Of a stretch of DNA of 64,000 nucleotides, positions 62,174-64,000 are shown one piece after another. The translations under genes and the position numbers were made by a program. The first letter of the stretch is position 1, and each line of letters begins with the position of its first letter. Source of the DNA: Candidatus Latescibacterota bacterium (GTDB lineage: Bacteria; Latescibacterota; UBA2968; UBA8231); the NCBI GenBank assembly GCA_965223905.1, contig CBDCXV010000010.1, positions 1,184,001-1,248,000 on the forward strand, in the 5' to 3' direction. The notes under the pieces are model-generated. The model was not told where the DNA came from. It saw only the letters and a program-made list of their open reading frames with translations, and did not search any database.

Positions 62174-63076
62174 CTATCCGGCGCCGGCGAGAATCGCATC
62201 GATCGCCTCGAGCTCGTCGTCGCTGAAACGCACGCCGGCGGCGCCGAGGTGATCGTCGAGCTGACCGGGGTTCTTGGCGCCGACCAGAACCGTGCTGATC
62301 GCCGGCAGCCGCAGGATCCAGGCGATCGCCAGCTGCACCAGCGACAGCCCCTTGTCCGCGGCGAGCTCCGCCAGGCGGTCGGCCACCGCGACGGTGCGCG
62401 CGAACTGCCCCCCCTGGAAATGGGCCCGCTGCGAGCGGTAGTCGTCGTCGGCGAAGCGGTGGCCCGGCCGGTACCTGCCGGTGAGAAGGCCCTGCCCCAG
62501 CGGCGAGTACGCCAGGATGCCGATGCCGCGCTCGACGCAGAACGGTATGTCCTCCGCCTCGATGCCGCGGTCGAGCAGGTTGTAGCCGGGCTGCAGCGAT
62601 TGAAAGGGAGCGGTCTCCATAGCCCGGGCCATCTGCTCCGCGTTGTAGTTGGAGACGCCGATGTAGCGGGTCTTGCCCTCCCGGCGCAGCTGCTCCATCG
62701 CCTCCATGCTGGCCTCCACCGGGTAGTCGGGGTTCCAGCTGTGGATCTGGTAGAGGTCGACGTAGTCGACGTCGAGCTGCCGCAGGCTGTTCTCCATGGC
62801 AGCGCGGATCGCCCCCGGGGAGAAGTCGCCGCTCACCTTGGTCGCCAGGAAGCAGCGCTCGCGGTAGCCGCCGGCGAGGGCGCGTCCGACGATGCGCTCG
62901 CTGGCGCGGTACGACTGCGCCGTGTCGACCATGGTGATGCCGCGGTCGATGGCGGCGCGAACGGTGGCGACGGCCATCTCTTCTGCGACGGCCCCCATGG
63001 CGCCGCCGAACGGCCAGGCTCCGAGGGCGATCGCGGGTATCTGCGGGCCGTTCTTTCCAAGCTGTCGATACTCCAT
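62174..63076 (-). CDS. Aldo/keto reductase
   Basis: DTAQSY, LATK, DLYQIH, IGVSN, AYSPL..GLLTG. Confidence 0.93.
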   Translation of the reverse strand: MEYRQLGKNGPQIPAIALGAWPFGGAMGAVAEEMAVATVRAAIDRGITMVDTAQSYRASERIVGRALAGGYRERCFLATKVSGDFSPGAIRAAMENSLRQLDVDYVDLYQIHSWNPDYPVEASMEAMEQLRREGKTRYIGVSNYNAEQMARAMETAPFQSLQPGYNLLDRGIEAEDIPFCVERGIGILAYSPLGQGLLTGRYRPGHRFADDDYRSQRAHFQGGQFARTVAVADRLAELAADKGLSLVQLAIAWILRLPAISTVLVGAKNPGQLDDHLGAAGVRFSDDELEAIDAILAGAG

Positions 63077-63171
63077 GTCTTTGATTCCTATGGTCCTGTC
63101 CCGGAAAACAGCTTGCCGAATTCGGGTGTTCCCCGCGCGCCCGAATGGCAGGATTTTGATGGGACAGGACG

Positions 63172-63897
63172 TTACATCAGGTTCAGCCAGTCGCCGAGAA
63201 GGAACCTCACGCGCCCGATCAGCAGCGACAGCCGCGCCATGATCGTGTAGCCGAAGGAGGCGCCGAAAGAGATCATCAGCACCCAGATCCCCAGCTTCGA
63301 GACCATGCCGACGGCGCCGCGGTGCTCGACGGAGAAGAAGAAGTAGACCAGTACCGAGACGACGCCGACGAGGATGATGAACAGGTCGAGCCCGGCCCAG
63401 GACAGGGTGATCGGCTGCAGGGTCGGTTCCACCTGTTTCAGAATGAACGTCGAGATGTAGGCCGGGATGGTGAACCCGGCCCCGAGGCCGAAGAAGAACC
63501 CGAAGGCGATGCGGCTGGTCCAGCCGATGCGGGTGCTGAACCGGGTCAGCATCAGGATCCCGAGCGCGGTCGGGAACAGCACCAGCCAGGCCTTTCCCTC
63601 CCAGGCGCCGGCTTCACCCAGCCCGGACAGCTTGTCGATCACCTCGCCGTAGATGGTCGGGTACCAGGTCTGCCCGAACACGTAGCCCGCGGCGACGCCG
63701 ACGAAGATGTGCTCGGCGAGCTTGAACAAGGGGTTGTCGCGGTAGAGGAAGCTGTAGAGCGCCAGGGTCAGGCCGGCGGCGACGATTATCCCGAAGCCGG
63801 TCCAGTCCGGGCTGAGCGTGCCGGCGGCGAACAGGTAGGCGTTGGCCGCGGCGAAAAACAGGAGGAGGGCAAGGAACAGAATGGAATCGCGGTTCAT
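63172..63897 (-). CDS. Polytopic membrane protein of unknown function
   Basis: LTLALYSFLYRDNPLFKLAEHIFVG, YFFFSVEH, FGASFGYTIMARLSLLIGR; about 7 TM segments. Confidence 0.75.
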   Translation of the reverse strand: MNRDSILFLALLLFFAAANAYLFAAGTLSPDWTGFGIIVAAGLTLALYSFLYRDNPLFKLAEHIFVGVAAGYVFGQTWYPTIYGEVIDKLSGLGEAGAWEGKAWLVLFPTALGILMLTRFSTRIGWTSRIAFGFFFGLGAGFTIPAYISTFILKQVEPTLQPITLSWAGLDLFIILVGVVSVLVYFFFSVEHRGAVGMVSKLGIWVLMISFGASFGYTIMARLSLLIGRVRFLLGDWLNLM

Positions 63898-64000
63898 TCC
63901 GGCCGCCTCCGCTGCCGCTGCCGCGCCGCGAAATAGGCGGCGTTCCCGACCAGGATGAAGAGGACGATGATCAGGTGGGTGACCGACTGGGCGCTCATGC
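63894..64000 (-). CDS. C-terminal end of a membrane-anchored hypothetical protein (truncated by window edge)
   Basis: ..MSAQSVTHLIIVLFILVGNAAYFAARQRQRRRPE-stop, with an ATGA overlap into the next gene. Confidence 0.65.
   Translation of the reverse strand, partial: MSAQSVTHLIIVLFILVGNAAYFAARQRQRRRPE

Overview
High-GC bacterial chromosomal window. The gene content suggests an FCB/Latescibacterota-like heterotroph (inference from the FPNPFN-type C-terminal domains, [T/S]WGRIK-tailed secreted proteins, PhyH dioxygenases and a sulfatase). Most of it is housekeeping or catabolic: anmK, an M16C peptidase, an ilvC-leuA-leuC-leuD-orf-leuB-cimA-argJ-aminotransferase-accA run, queC/queF, ispH, a DtxR/MntR regulator with its own palindromic operator, an ABC-2 exporter, SRAP, and several oxidoreductases and aldolases. 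Notable features: (1) an ~8.0 kb transposase-free composite element (5445-13443) bounded by two ~175-bp MITE-like direct repeats with perfect 14-bp outer inverted ends and a flanking AT duplication; it splits a secreted-protein gene and carries a GT-C-type glycosyltransferase and two CotH-kinase proteins; (2) a small membrane gene (60748-61143, minus strand) with an in-frame TGA followed by a bacterial SECIS-like hairpin, a candidate selenoprotein; (3) a dimethylformamidase-beta-like gene translationally coupled to queC and lying between queC and queF; (4) a Leu/Ile-rich candidate leader peptide plus hairpin ahead of ilvC; (5) a solitary coiled-coil/beta-CASP nuclease fusion. Several frameshifts at G/C runs look like sequencing errors. 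No rRNA, tRNA, CRISPR array or transposase gene was seen.
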